DNA from: a virus | Taxonomy: Duplodnaviria; Caudoviricetes | DNA length: 34,799 nucleotides | Direction: 5' to 3' (one strand) | Virus record (IMG/VR): IMGVR_UViG_3300035561_000221 | Coordinates: 1-34,799 of that record | Shown: piece after piece, positions 18,914 through 27,452 of the stretch | Layout: each line of letters begins with the position of its first letter | How positions within the stretch are numbered: the stretch's first letter is position 1 | Notes under the pieces: model-generated | Told to the model about the DNA's origin: nothing | What the model saw: only the letters and a program-made list of their open reading frames with translations | Database searches by the model: none | Translations under genes and position numbers: made by a program

Positions 18914-19321
18914 ATGAGAAGTAGTGATTTTATTGATTGGAACAGAGTTAAGTTTTTTAACAAAAATGAGTTTAACTGCAGATGTTGCGGGAAACATATC
19001 ATCTCAGCTAATCTGGTTCTGAAGCTGGATCTGGCAAGAGAGTTGGCAGAGACTCCATTTATCATCACCAGTGGATATCGCTGTCCCAAACACAACCAAG
19101 AAGTTGGCGGAGTTAAGAATTCTGCTCATGTTCTCGGTCTGGCTGTTGATATCGCAGTTCCCGATAACGTTGCACGTCTTAATATCCTTCGTGGTCTTAT
19201 CATTGCAGGTTTTCGCAGAATCGGTTTAGGTAAAGACTTCATCCACGCAGACGTAGATAAATCCAAACCAAACAATCTCTGGCTATATCCGTCAAAAGCC
19301 GGACAGGCTAAGGATAAATGA
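18914..19321 (+). CDS. Peptidase M15A endolysin
   Basis: EFNCRCCG, SGYRC..HN..VGG..SAH..G.AVD, FIHAD. Start uncertain (18857 or 18914). Confidence 0.88.
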   Translation: MRSSDFIDWNRVKFFNKNEFNCRCCGKHIISANLVLKLDLARELAETPFIITSGYRCPKHNQEVGGVKNSAHVLGLAVDIAVPDNVARLNILRGLIIAGFRRIGLGKDFIHADVDKSKPNNLWLYPSKAGQAKDK

Positions 19322-19779
19322 TGCTTCCCATTGATACATCAACTGCAATCTCAATCCTTAACCTGAACACAGATGACAGGATCATCGCTACATTTGATCA
19401 GCATGCTCCGAGAGTAGTTCTGCTGCTTAAGCGAATCACTGATGAAGACATCTGGAACGATCTGCAAGCTGATCAGGCTGATGAAGATACTCAAAACTCT
19501 TTCAAGTTTGCATATAGTTACTATCTGTTGGTTTCTGCAGTTGAATTCCTAAACCTTAAAACTCTGGGTGAAGGGATTATCAAATCCACTGGAATTGATC
19601 AGCAATCAACCGAGCTTCTCACCGGAAGTGAGATCAAAGCATTCAAGAAGAATCTGGAGATCCAAGCTTTAGAACTTATCTCCGAATATCTGAATGAAAC
19701 TGGCTTTGATCGTTTGAAAGAGCTAAAAACCGGAAAATCCAAGATTAACCAAACCGGAATCAAGATAACAGTGATATGA
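19318..19779 (+). CDS. Hypothetical virion protein, possible head-tail adaptor
   Basis: Helical 153 aa protein coupled to its neighbours; assigned from position only. Confidence 0.45.
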   Translation: MMLPIDTSTAISILNLNTDDRIIATFDQHAPRVVLLLKRITDEDIWNDLQADQADEDTQNSFKFAYSYYLLVSAVEFLNLKTLGEGIIKSTGIDQQSTELLTGSEIKAFKKNLEIQALELISEYLNETGFDRLKELKTGKSKINQTGIKITVI

Positions 19780-20243
19780 CTGGCATCGATAAAGAAATCC
19801 TCAGAGCAATCTTCAAAGCAATCGAAAGCAGACTGCATCGCATTGGCAGTGTTATTGAAGGTGAAACTCGCCGACTGATACTTCAGAAGGATATCAAAGA
19901 CAAAGGCGATTTCCTGCAGAATACCGGATATGCTGTGCAGTTTAATAACGCATCTATCGATCTGGTAGTGGGATCTAATGTTCCTCATGAGCAGTATGTA
20001 TTGGGTGGCAAAGTACCTTCCTGGACTCCGATTGAACCACTCAAAGCATGGGTAGAACGCAAAGGTCTATCTTGGGTCGATAAGATAAACGGAAAGCAGC
20101 TTTCAATTGATCAGATAGCATATATGATCCGAGCTAAGATTAAACGAGAAGGCATTCCAGAACGCAACGTCTTTGCAGAAGTTATCAAGAATAAACAGCA
20201 GTGGATCTATAACCAATTGGACAGCATCGAGGTAGCTCTATGA
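19776..20243 (+). CDS. Neck / tail completion protein (HK97 gp10 / Mu gpG-like)
   Basis: VVGSNVPHEQYV..G...PIEPLKAWVERKG...I.REGI pattern. Confidence 0.65.
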   Translation: MTGIDKEILRAIFKAIESRLHRIGSVIEGETRRLILQKDIKDKGDFLQNTGYAVQFNNASIDLVVGSNVPHEQYVLGGKVPSWTPIEPLKAWVERKGLSWVDKINGKQLSIDQIAYMIRAKIKREGIPERNVFAEVIKNKQQWIYNQLDSIEVAL

Positions 20244-20617
20244 CCTTCTCTGAGAAAAGACAAAAGATCAACACTGCTATTGAGAACTCTGGAATCTTAA
20301 CTGATAACATCTCCTTCAAAAAAGATGAAATTCCCAGAGGATTTCCTGCTGCAATAGTTACTCTTAATGGCGAGAAAGGCATTAAACCTACTGCGAAGAG
20401 ATATTGCGAATTTGACTATGATATAGCAGTTTTCCTGATTGTAGACGTTAACAAATCCGATGATCCAGATGCAGATATCCTGAGTTTAGCTAATACATTC
20501 AAAGAACAATATCGAGCTATTCTCGGCAGTGATATTGCCAAGATCGATTACTATCCGGCACGAGCTGACTCCGGCAGGAAAGTACGCATTGCCAAATTCT
20601 ATACGGTGGTTGAATGA
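20240..20617 (+). CDS. Putative tail terminator
   Basis: 125 aa, FPAAIV motif, follows the neck gene. Confidence 0.5.
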   Translation: MTFSEKRQKINTAIENSGILTDNISFKKDEIPRGFPAAIVTLNGEKGIKPTAKRYCEFDYDIAVFLIVDVNKSDDPDADILSLANTFKEQYRAILGSDIAKIDYYPARADSGRKVRIAKFYTVVE

Positions 20618-21801
20618 GAGTGCAGAAGATTGGAGGATACCAGATCGGGATAGTAGATACAGCAGAACTGCTTTCTAAAAACTATGCTTCTAAAGCTGTA
20701 AATCTGGATTCTCTTAAATGGGTAGGGAAGCAAAGAATTAGTAAGTCTGCCGAAAAGAAGAAAGTTGTCTCAGCTCCTCATTCGATGGGTAATCTGCTAA
20801 AACTGCTGGAGAAGGATGAATACCATTCCGGCTGTATCGAAGCTAAGATCAACACATGTCTCATGCAGGTTGAAGTTAAGAACGCATCTTTAAAGAAATG
20901 GTTCTTAGAAGCTGAATATCCGGGCAATGATGATATCACACTTTCACTCAATGAATTTCTTAAATACTTCCTCGCTTGTGGTAATGGATTTCTGCTCAAG
21001 ATGCGCAACACTTCAAATCAATGGGTTGGCTTGGAAAGGCTTCTGCCAACTGAGACTCAGATCGTAGAAAACTATGACGAGTTCGGATTCTTCAAACCTG
21101 ATTTCATTCAAGTAAAGAATGGCAAGAAAAAGCTCTTTTCCGGAGACGATGTTATCCATCTGAAAAATCCAACTCATAAAAGTAATGCATGGGGATTGGC
21201 TTGTCTGCCTGTTGCTATTAATATCGAGATTTTGGAGCAAATCAAAACCTTCGATTATAACAACTTTGTAAATGGTCTGCTGGTCGATTACTTCATGATC
21301 GTAGAAGGCGGAAGCCTGAAAGACGATGTGGTTGAAGATGCAGAAGGCAATGAAGTTCTCAAAGATGCATTTACTGTAATTGAAGAAACACTGCAGGCAG
21401 CTAAAGGCAATAATAAATCACACACGACTGTACTTATCGAGACAGAAAATAAAGATGCTAAAATCAGATTAGAACCACTGCGTCAGCAAGATAGAGATGG
21501 TGGATTCATATCACTCAAGAAAGACCTTCGGGAAGGGATATTTGCCTATCACAGAGTTCCGGCAAGGATCGTTTCACAATTGATTCCAGGACAACTGGGT
21601 GGAGATAATAAATCCGATATGCAGATGTTCTATCATTTCGTGATCAAACCGCTGCAGCACCGCTTGGGTCAGGTTTTAGCTCAAGAGTTCAATAGAGAGT
21701 TTAATTGGAAATTAACCGCATCAGACTTCGATTTTGGTGATCTAACAACCATCTTTGAAACTGATGATGAAAAGCTATTTAAAACAAATAGAAACAACTA
21801 A
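20614..21801 (+). CDS. Portal protein (PBSX/HK97-like)
   Basis: CGNGFL, DVIHLKN...WG, AYHRVPARIV, FYHFVIKPLQ motifs; 395 aa. Confidence 0.88.
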   Translation: MRVQKIGGYQIGIVDTAELLSKNYASKAVNLDSLKWVGKQRISKSAEKKKVVSAPHSMGNLLKLLEKDEYHSGCIEAKINTCLMQVEVKNASLKKWFLEAEYPGNDDITLSLNEFLKYFLACGNGFLLKMRNTSNQWVGLERLLPTETQIVENYDEFGFFKPDFIQVKNGKKKLFSGDDVIHLKNPTHKSNAWGLACLPVAINIEILEQIKTFDYNNFVNGLLVDYFMIVEGGSLKDDVVEDAEGNEVLKDAFTVIEETLQAAKGNNKSHTTVLIETENKDAKIRLEPLRQQDRDGGFISLKKDLREGIFAYHRVPARIVSQLIPGQLGGDNKSDMQMFYHFVIKPLQHRLGQVLAQEFNREFNWKLTASDFDFGDLTTIFETDDEKLFKTNRNN

Positions 21802-21811
21802 GGAGGAAAAG

Positions 21812-23551
21812 TTGAAATTCAGAAAAATCCTGAAGAAAGGCGAGCTTCGTAATGTCGAGGTAGATCTGGTTTCGCTGTTGTTTGATGATATGACACCGGC
21901 AAACCAGAAAGGCTTTATTGTGAAGTCAGCCAATGGTAGAAGCTTTGTAGTAAAAGGCTCATCTCAGAAATTCAAATCCGAGACAGTGGGTACAGAAGGG
22001 AAACTCTATGTAACATTGATGGAGCCTGATGTAAAAGATGCTCAAGGAGATTTCTACAACAAAGCGGAAATCGAAAAAGCCTGCGAGTATTTCAGTAAAC
22101 ATGGAATGGTTGGTAAGAACGATATCAATCATAATAACTATCCAGTTGAGGACTTCTTTGTTTCTCAGAACTATATCCTGAAGACCAAAGATGAAGCTCA
22201 TTTTCCTGATACGAAAGTGGGAAGCTGGGTACAGGTTCTCAAATGCGAAAACCTCAAATCAGATCTCTGGAAAAAGATCGAGAAAGGTGAATTCAACGGT
22301 GTCTCCATCTACGGTAGAGCCGATGATCTGGGAGCAGCAGAAGAAACACTGAAAGCTATCCGTAAAGAGTTGGCAAACCTGAAAGACCTGCAGAAATCTA
22401 TGAAAGACTCAGGAAGAAAATCTGAGCTGGAATCGGCAGTAACAGAGCTGGAGACTAAACTCTCACAACTGGAATCTGGTCTGGGAGACGATGTGCTTCG
22501 TGAAGCTGTGAAAAGCATCGAGAAGTCACTATCTAATCTCTCAATCACCATGAACAAAGCGATCTCCAAATCCATTCAGGGAGAACCTGGAGAAGATGAT
22601 ACAGATCGAGAAGTTTTTATTAATGGTGATAAGGTAATCGTCAAAGCTGCTCATCGTGAGATTTACAAAGGCATTGCCGATGTAGATTCCGGTAAAGCGA
22701 TGAACATCCTGACTCCTAATAACACTTCGCTTTTCATCGATGAAGTGATCGGATCTAAACCATCCGATACTTTGGCAGATGTATCTGTTATTCCGCTTCT
22801 AAAAGACGAGAAAATCGATGTAGGTCTTGTAGAAGATTTGATCTTCAAGAACAGTTTGGATGGAGCTCTCACAGCACAGGATGTAGGAACAGCAGATCTG
22901 GATTGCCCAACAGGTATTCTTAATGCCGAGTTCACTCTCGGTCGAGATGTAGTTGAATTCTACAAAGACAAATATGGTGAAGATGCCTTTGGAGCTTATG
23001 TAGAACAGCACATCGCCAAGAAAGCTGAAAAAGCGATCCGTCTGCTTCTGTTCAAAGGTGATAGAGCATCTGCAACAGCTAAGTTGAAAGCACTGAATGG
23101 ACTTATCAAGCTGGCTACTGACGGAACAGATATCACTGACATCAGTCCTACTACGTATGATGAGTGGACAGAGAGATTTGAGCAGACTCTGCTTCTTTTC
23201 AGTGATGAGATGCTGGAAGAGCAGGAAAACTTCAAAATCTACGTTTCCCATAAAGATCTGATCCGCATCAGAACTGAGCTGGGACAGCGAGAAACCAACA
23301 AAGGTGATAAGCTGCTTCTGGAAGGTGGCAAAGTATCATTCTCCGGAATCCCTGTAAAAGCTCGTCTCATGCCTGATAACTACATCGTAGCAGGTCTGAC
23401 CAAGTTTATCATTATCGGCTATCGCACTGATGCCGAACTGAAAGTTGAACATCACGGTTCTGATTGGAAATACCACTGGTATATCAGGATCAGACCGGGT
23501 ATAACCTACGTTCCCAATTTCGTGAAAATATTCCATCTCACTGACGCATAA
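21812..23551 (+). CDS. Fused XkdF-like prohead protease, coiled-coil scaffold and major capsid protein
   Basis: AAGGAGG SD then TTG at 21812. EPDVKDAQGD...GSWV...WKKIEKGEFNGVSIYG is XkdF-like. Central coiled coil. C-terminal LLLFKGD...LNGLIKLA...FSGIPV is HK97-fold capsid-like. Confidence 0.85.
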   Translation: MKFRKILKKGELRNVEVDLVSLLFDDMTPANQKGFIVKSANGRSFVVKGSSQKFKSETVGTEGKLYVTLMEPDVKDAQGDFYNKAEIEKACEYFSKHGMVGKNDINHNNYPVEDFFVSQNYILKTKDEAHFPDTKVGSWVQVLKCENLKSDLWKKIEKGEFNGVSIYGRADDLGAAEETLKAIRKELANLKDLQKSMKDSGRKSELESAVTELETKLSQLESGLGDDVLREAVKSIEKSLSNLSITMNKAISKSIQGEPGEDDTDREVFINGDKVIVKAAHREIYKGIADVDSGKAMNILTPNNTSLFIDEVIGSKPSDTLADVSVIPLLKDEKIDVGLVEDLIFKNSLDGALTAQDVGTADLDCPTGILNAEFTLGRDVVEFYKDKYGEDAFGAYVEQHIAKKAEKAIRLLLFKGDRASATAKLKALNGLIKLATDGTDITDISPTTYDEWTERFEQTLLLFSDEMLEEQENFKIYVSHKDLIRIRTELGQRETNKGDKLLLEGGKVSFSGIPVKARLMPDNYIVAGLTKFIIIGYRTDAELKVEHHGSDWKYHWYIRIRPGITYVPNFVKIFHLTDA

Positions 23552-23568
23552 AAATAAGGAGGTAAAAC

Positions 23569-23769
23569 ATGTGGAAATGGATACTTAAACAAGCAATCAA
23601 AGCTCTTGCTGAGCCGATTGTAGATGCGATCATTGCTGCACTGGAAAACTTAGCTGCTAAAACCAGTAACACTATCGATGATGCTTTCGTAGCGAAGTTC
23701 AAAGAGTTCAAAGAAGCCATTGTTGGTTGGATTCTTTCTAACTGCGACAAGATCGCTAAATCAGCTTAA
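23569..23769 (+). CDS. Small amphipathic helical protein (possible lysis accessory)
   Basis: Strong SD AGGAGG; LAAKTSNTIDDAFV motif; function uncertain. Confidence 0.5.
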   Translation: MWKWILKQAIKALAEPIVDAIIAALENLAAKTSNTIDDAFVAKFKEFKEAIVGWILSNCDKIAKSA

Positions 23770-23780
23770 GGAGAAAGCCA

Positions 23781-24329
23781 ATGCCAGTACAGAAACCAGC
23801 ACTTCCTACTGGTCTTAGTTCAGGAGATCTTGCCGATCTCCTGAACCAGATTGGTAAGGTAGATGTCTATAACATATATGCCGGAGTAGGCAGTCTCACC
23901 GCAGCAGAGATAACTTCAATCTTTGCATCGCAAGAAACGATAAATACAGAGCTGGATAGCAACTTTGAAGAGATCGGAGAACTTGCAGAGAAGCCATTCA
24001 AAGCAGAATCCAAAGCAGAGAAGCTGAAGACTCGTCATTACCAGTTAGAAGGTAAGAGAACCAACGTGATAACTGTCACTATTGTCGGTATTTCCGAAGC
24101 CAAAAAGAACTGGCTGGAAGACCAGAGTGCCGGAATGACACAGCTTACTTTCATCGCTTTATCCAAAGATAAGACACAGGCTATTCTTATCAATGGCTGT
24201 CGCTGGACAGTGGACTGGAGTGGCGAAGCCGACGGTCTTTATACTCAGGAAGTTACAACCGAGTTTATCGGTAAAACCTCTGAGAAGGTAGTATTCTTCA
24301 ACCAGATACCTGAAACAACCGGAGTATAG
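23781..24329 (+). CDS. Putative major tail tube protein
   Basis: 182 aa, beta-rich, upstream of the chaperone and tape measure genes; AAGGAG SD. Confidence 0.6.
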   Translation: MPVQKPALPTGLSSGDLADLLNQIGKVDVYNIYAGVGSLTAAEITSIFASQETINTELDSNFEEIGELAEKPFKAESKAEKLKTRHYQLEGKRTNVITVTIVGISEAKKNWLEDQSAGMTQLTFIALSKDKTQAILINGCRWTVDWSGEADGLYTQEVTTEFIGKTSEKVVFFNQIPETTGV

Positions 24330-24518
24330 ATGGATCGTGAAATAGAGAAGAAAATCTGCGATGTCCATAAAGAGATTTATGGCAATGGGGATTCAGCTAA
24401 GTCGATGGTCAGCAGGATAGTTAAGCTGGAGACCACAATCAAAGTTTTGACTTCGATCTCAGTTAGTCAGTTTTTGCTTTTGGTCGGCATAGCAATGAAA
24501 ATGTTTTTTGGAGTATAA
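24330..24518 (+). CDS. Small coiled-coil plus C-terminal TM protein (holin/XhlA-like)
   Basis: IYGNG...RIVKLE followed by hydrophobic SQFLLLVGIAMKMFFGV. Confidence 0.55.
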   Translation: MDREIEKKICDVHKEIYGNGDSAKSMVSRIVKLETTIKVLTSISVSQFLLLVGIAMKMFFGV

Positions 24519-24520
24519 TC

Positions 24521-24853
24521 ATGAACCTTACATACTCAAAACTTAGAAAAGTACTCTCACTCTTTTTGAAGAATCCAATCCTTCGAGATGGTCTTCAAGA
24601 GCTGATCTCTGGCAAAGAGCAGGAACTGGATGAACTTGGATTCTTAGACCTCTTGGATAAATCTCAAGTTGATTTGGAGCTACTGGAAATACTGACTGAG
24701 AAGAAAGCATCCGATATTCTGGCAGATGATGCCATTGGAGTGTTCGCAGATTTTTTTTGCTCTATCAAAGCCAGTTGGCAGAAGTTAAAGCCACTGCTTT
24801 CCAGTTTAGGATTAAAGGTAGAAACCAGTCTGACTTCCACATCGAAAGGTTAG
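24521..24853 (+). CDS. Tail assembly chaperone (gpG-like)
   Basis: Acidic helical 110 aa protein with an in-frame slippery T TTT TTT at 24751-24757. Confidence 0.65.
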   Translation: MNLTYSKLRKVLSLFLKNPILRDGLQELISGKEQELDELGFLDLLDKSQVDLELLEILTEKKASDILADDAIGVFADFFCSIKASWQKLKPLLSSLGLKVETSLTSTSKG

Positions 24854-24963
24854 AGATGGCACTGCGCAATATGGGATTTGATCAAATGGATTTTCAGGAG
24901 ATGACGCTTCCGGAGCTGTATCTCCGCTACTGCCTTCAAGCTGAAAATATTAAGGAAAAATAA
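24751..24963 (+). CDS. -1 frameshift extension of the tail chaperone (gpGT-like)
   Basis: The -1 frame is open from the T8 run to TAA 24963 and contains MGFDQMDFQEMTLPEL, typical of gpT segments. Confidence 0.62.
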   Translation, partial: FFLLYQSQLAEVKATAFQFRIKGRNQSDFHIERLEMALRNMGFDQMDFQEMTLPELYLRYCLQAENIKEK

Positions 24964-25724
24964 TGGATAGTATAATTGCATGGATAGGTGGGAAAAGGCT
25001 TCTCAGAAAGAAGCTGGCAACACTTATACCAAAAGACATCAGAGGATACATCGAGCCTTTCGGTGGAGCTGGTTGGCTACTGTTTCTGAAAGAGAAATGG
25101 GCAAAGCTGGAAGTATATAACGATCTGGACAGCAGACTCACCAATCTGTTTCTGCAGGTGAAATATCATCCTGAAGCCTTGCAGAAGGAGTTTGATTGTT
25201 TGATTGGCAGCAGAGATATGTTCGAGTTATTTAAAGCCAATGATGGTTTGACCGAGATACAGAAAGCAGCTCGTTTTATGTATCTTATATCCAGAAGCTT
25301 TGGATCTAGAGGTGGAACCTTTGCTACTGCCAAAACTCAAGGACATTGTAAACTGGAGAATAAGGTCAATCGCATAGAAGCTTTATCCAAAAGGCTGGAT
25401 GGAGTTATTATCGAAAATCTGAGCTTTGAGAAGCTGATAGCTCGCTATGATACAAAGGACAACTTCATCTACTGCGATCCTCCATATATGAACGGCTTTA
25501 AATATGACAATTCTTTAAACTTCGATCATCAGAAGCTCTATGACACTTTAAAGAAGATCAAAGGCAGATTTCTGCTTTCTTATGATGATTGTGAGCAGGC
25601 AAGAGAGCTGTATAAGAAATTCAATATAATCTCTGTAAGTAGAGTGAAAGGGATTAACCGCAAGGCTGGGGAAAGTTATTACAAGGAGATCATAATATCA
25701 AACTATGAGGTAGAAAATGTATAG
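24963..25724 (+). CDS. Dam-family (D12 class) N6-adenine DNA methyltransferase 1
   Basis: WIGGK, YIEPFGGAG, YNDL, DPPY, LSYD motifs. Confidence 0.93.
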   Translation: MDSIIAWIGGKRLLRKKLATLIPKDIRGYIEPFGGAGWLLFLKEKWAKLEVYNDLDSRLTNLFLQVKYHPEALQKEFDCLIGSRDMFELFKANDGLTEIQKAARFMYLISRSFGSRGGTFATAKTQGHCKLENKVNRIEALSKRLDGVIIENLSFEKLIARYDTKDNFIYCDPPYMNGFKYDNSLNFDHQKLYDTLKKIKGRFLLSYDDCEQARELYKKFNIISVSRVKGINRKAGESYYKEIIISNYEVENV

Positions 25725-26676
25725 AACGGCAGAATTTGTAACTCCCAAGCATCCCGATAAACTGTGTGATCAAGTCTCTGATGCTATCTTAGATGCATGT
25801 TTGAAAGATGATCCCAGCTCCAGAGTTGCAGTAGAAACTATGGGAGGTCATGGACTGGTTTACGTAACCGGAGAGATTACCACTAAAACAACTCCCGATA
25901 TCAGAAAAGCAGTTAAATCTGTTGTTGGAAACGATATCAGCATCCAGCTCAACATTGTAAAACAAAGCGAAAATATTGCAGGTGGTGTTGATAGTGGAGG
26001 AGCTGGAGATCAAGGTATTATGATCGGCTATGCTTGTAATGAGAATCCAGCTTTGATTCCACAGGAAGCATTCCTGGCTCGCAGCCTTTGTCGGTTCATC
26101 TATAAAGAATTTCCAGTAGATGGTAAAACACAGATCACTCTTAAAGATAACAGAATCATCAGTATTGTAGCCAGTTTTGTAAATACAAAGAAAGCTGATC
26201 TGAAGAACCTGATCATCGATTGGGCATTATCAATGAAGCTGGATATTGAGAATTCAATTATCTATGCTAATCCTGCTGGTGATTGGAGCAAAGGCGGATT
26301 TGAAGCTGATACTGGACTTACAGGTAGGAAGTTGGCAGTTGATAACTACGGACCTCGCATTCCATTGAGTGGCGGAGCTTTCTCCGGAAAAGACGCAACC
26401 AAAGTTGATCGTTCTGCAGCATACATGGCTCGTAAGATTGCTGTTGATTATCTGCGTAAATTCAATGCTGAGGAAGTGTTTGTGAGACTTGCCTATGCCA
26501 TTGGTGTTGCTCATCCAATGGAAGCTACAGCTATTGTTGATGGTAAAGAGTTTCCGGTTTCAGGATATGATCTAACTCCAAAAGGCATAACTGAATATCT
26601 GGATTTGAATAAACCAATCTACAGACAAACAGCCAAGTGGGGACACTTCGGCAATGGATTTAACTGGGATAGATAA
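25717..26676 (+). CDS. metK: S-adenosylmethionine synthetase (compact phage form)
   Basis: EFVTPKHPDKLCDQ, GAGDQG, DGKTQ, DTGLTGRK, GGAFSGKDATKVDRS, WGHFG. Confidence 0.96.
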   Translation: MYRTAEFVTPKHPDKLCDQVSDAILDACLKDDPSSRVAVETMGGHGLVYVTGEITTKTTPDIRKAVKSVVGNDISIQLNIVKQSENIAGGVDSGGAGDQGIMIGYACNENPALIPQEAFLARSLCRFIYKEFPVDGKTQITLKDNRIISIVASFVNTKKADLKNLIIDWALSMKLDIENSIIYANPAGDWSKGGFEADTGLTGRKLAVDNYGPRIPLSGGAFSGKDATKVDRSAAYMARKIAVDYLRKFNAEEVFVRLAYAIGVAHPMEATAIVDGKEFPVSGYDLTPKGITEYLDLNKPIYRQTAKWGHFGNGFNWDR

Positions 26677-27452
26677 TGAATAGCATCATTGGCTGGGTAG
26701 GTGGTAAACGATTACTGAGAAAGGTAATCGTTCCTCTTATCCCAAAACACAATACTTACTGTGAACCCTTTGGCGGAGCAGCTTGGATCCTATTTGGAAA
26801 AAGCTCTGATCACAAGAACTGGCAGATATCAAAGAAGCATAAGTATCGGGAAGTATTGAACGATATCAATGGTGAACTAATTAACTTCTGGAGACATATA
26901 AAATACCATCCAGATGCCTTTAAAACTGAGGTTGAGCAGTTTATGGCTTCCAGAGAGTTATTCACTGAGTTTCTAAATATGAAACCGAGAACGGACTTTG
27001 AAAGAGCTATGGTTTTCTATTATAAATTGGCATGCTCTTTCGGAAGCTTATCCAAGACTTTTGCTGTTCGCGGTCATCGATCAATGCTGCCTATTCGCAA
27101 TGGAGATAAACTCCAGCAGGCAGCAGAAAGACTTAAAGATGTGGTCATTGAGAAACTTAGCTTTGATGCTGTGATAGCCAAATACGATAACTCCAGAAGT
27201 TTCTTCTATATCGATCCTCCATATTACGAGCATGAAGATCTGTATGAAAGGGATTCAGCAGATTGCTTTGAGCATCATGAAGAGCTTAACCAACTACTGA
27301 AATCGATTAAAGGCAAGTGGCTTTTATCCTACAATGACCATCCATATATCCGAGAACTCTATAAAGACTTCAAAATAGAGAATGTAGAAACTCTCTATTC
27401 TTTATCAGGTGCTTCAAAACCTAAAACGGAAATTATTATCAGGAACTACTGA
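26676..27452 (+). CDS. Dam-family (D12 class) N6-adenine DNA methyltransferase 2
   Basis: WVGGK, YCEPFGGAA, LNDI, DPPY, LSYND motifs. Confidence 0.93.
   Translation: MNSIIGWVGGKRLLRKVIVPLIPKHNTYCEPFGGAAWILFGKSSDHKNWQISKKHKYREVLNDINGELINFWRHIKYHPDAFKTEVEQFMASRELFTEFLNMKPRTDFERAMVFYYKLACSFGSLSKTFAVRGHRSMLPIRNGDKLQQAAERLKDVVIEKLSFDAVIAKYDNSRSFFYIDPPYYEHEDLYERDSADCFEHHEELNQLLKSIKGKWLLSYNDHPYIRELYKDFKIENVETLYSLSGASKPKTEIIIRNY

Noticed and set aside
25717-26676. metK as a host housekeeping gene marking the prophage boundary
   Set aside because: It is shorter than typical cellular MetK and overlaps phage genes on both sides.
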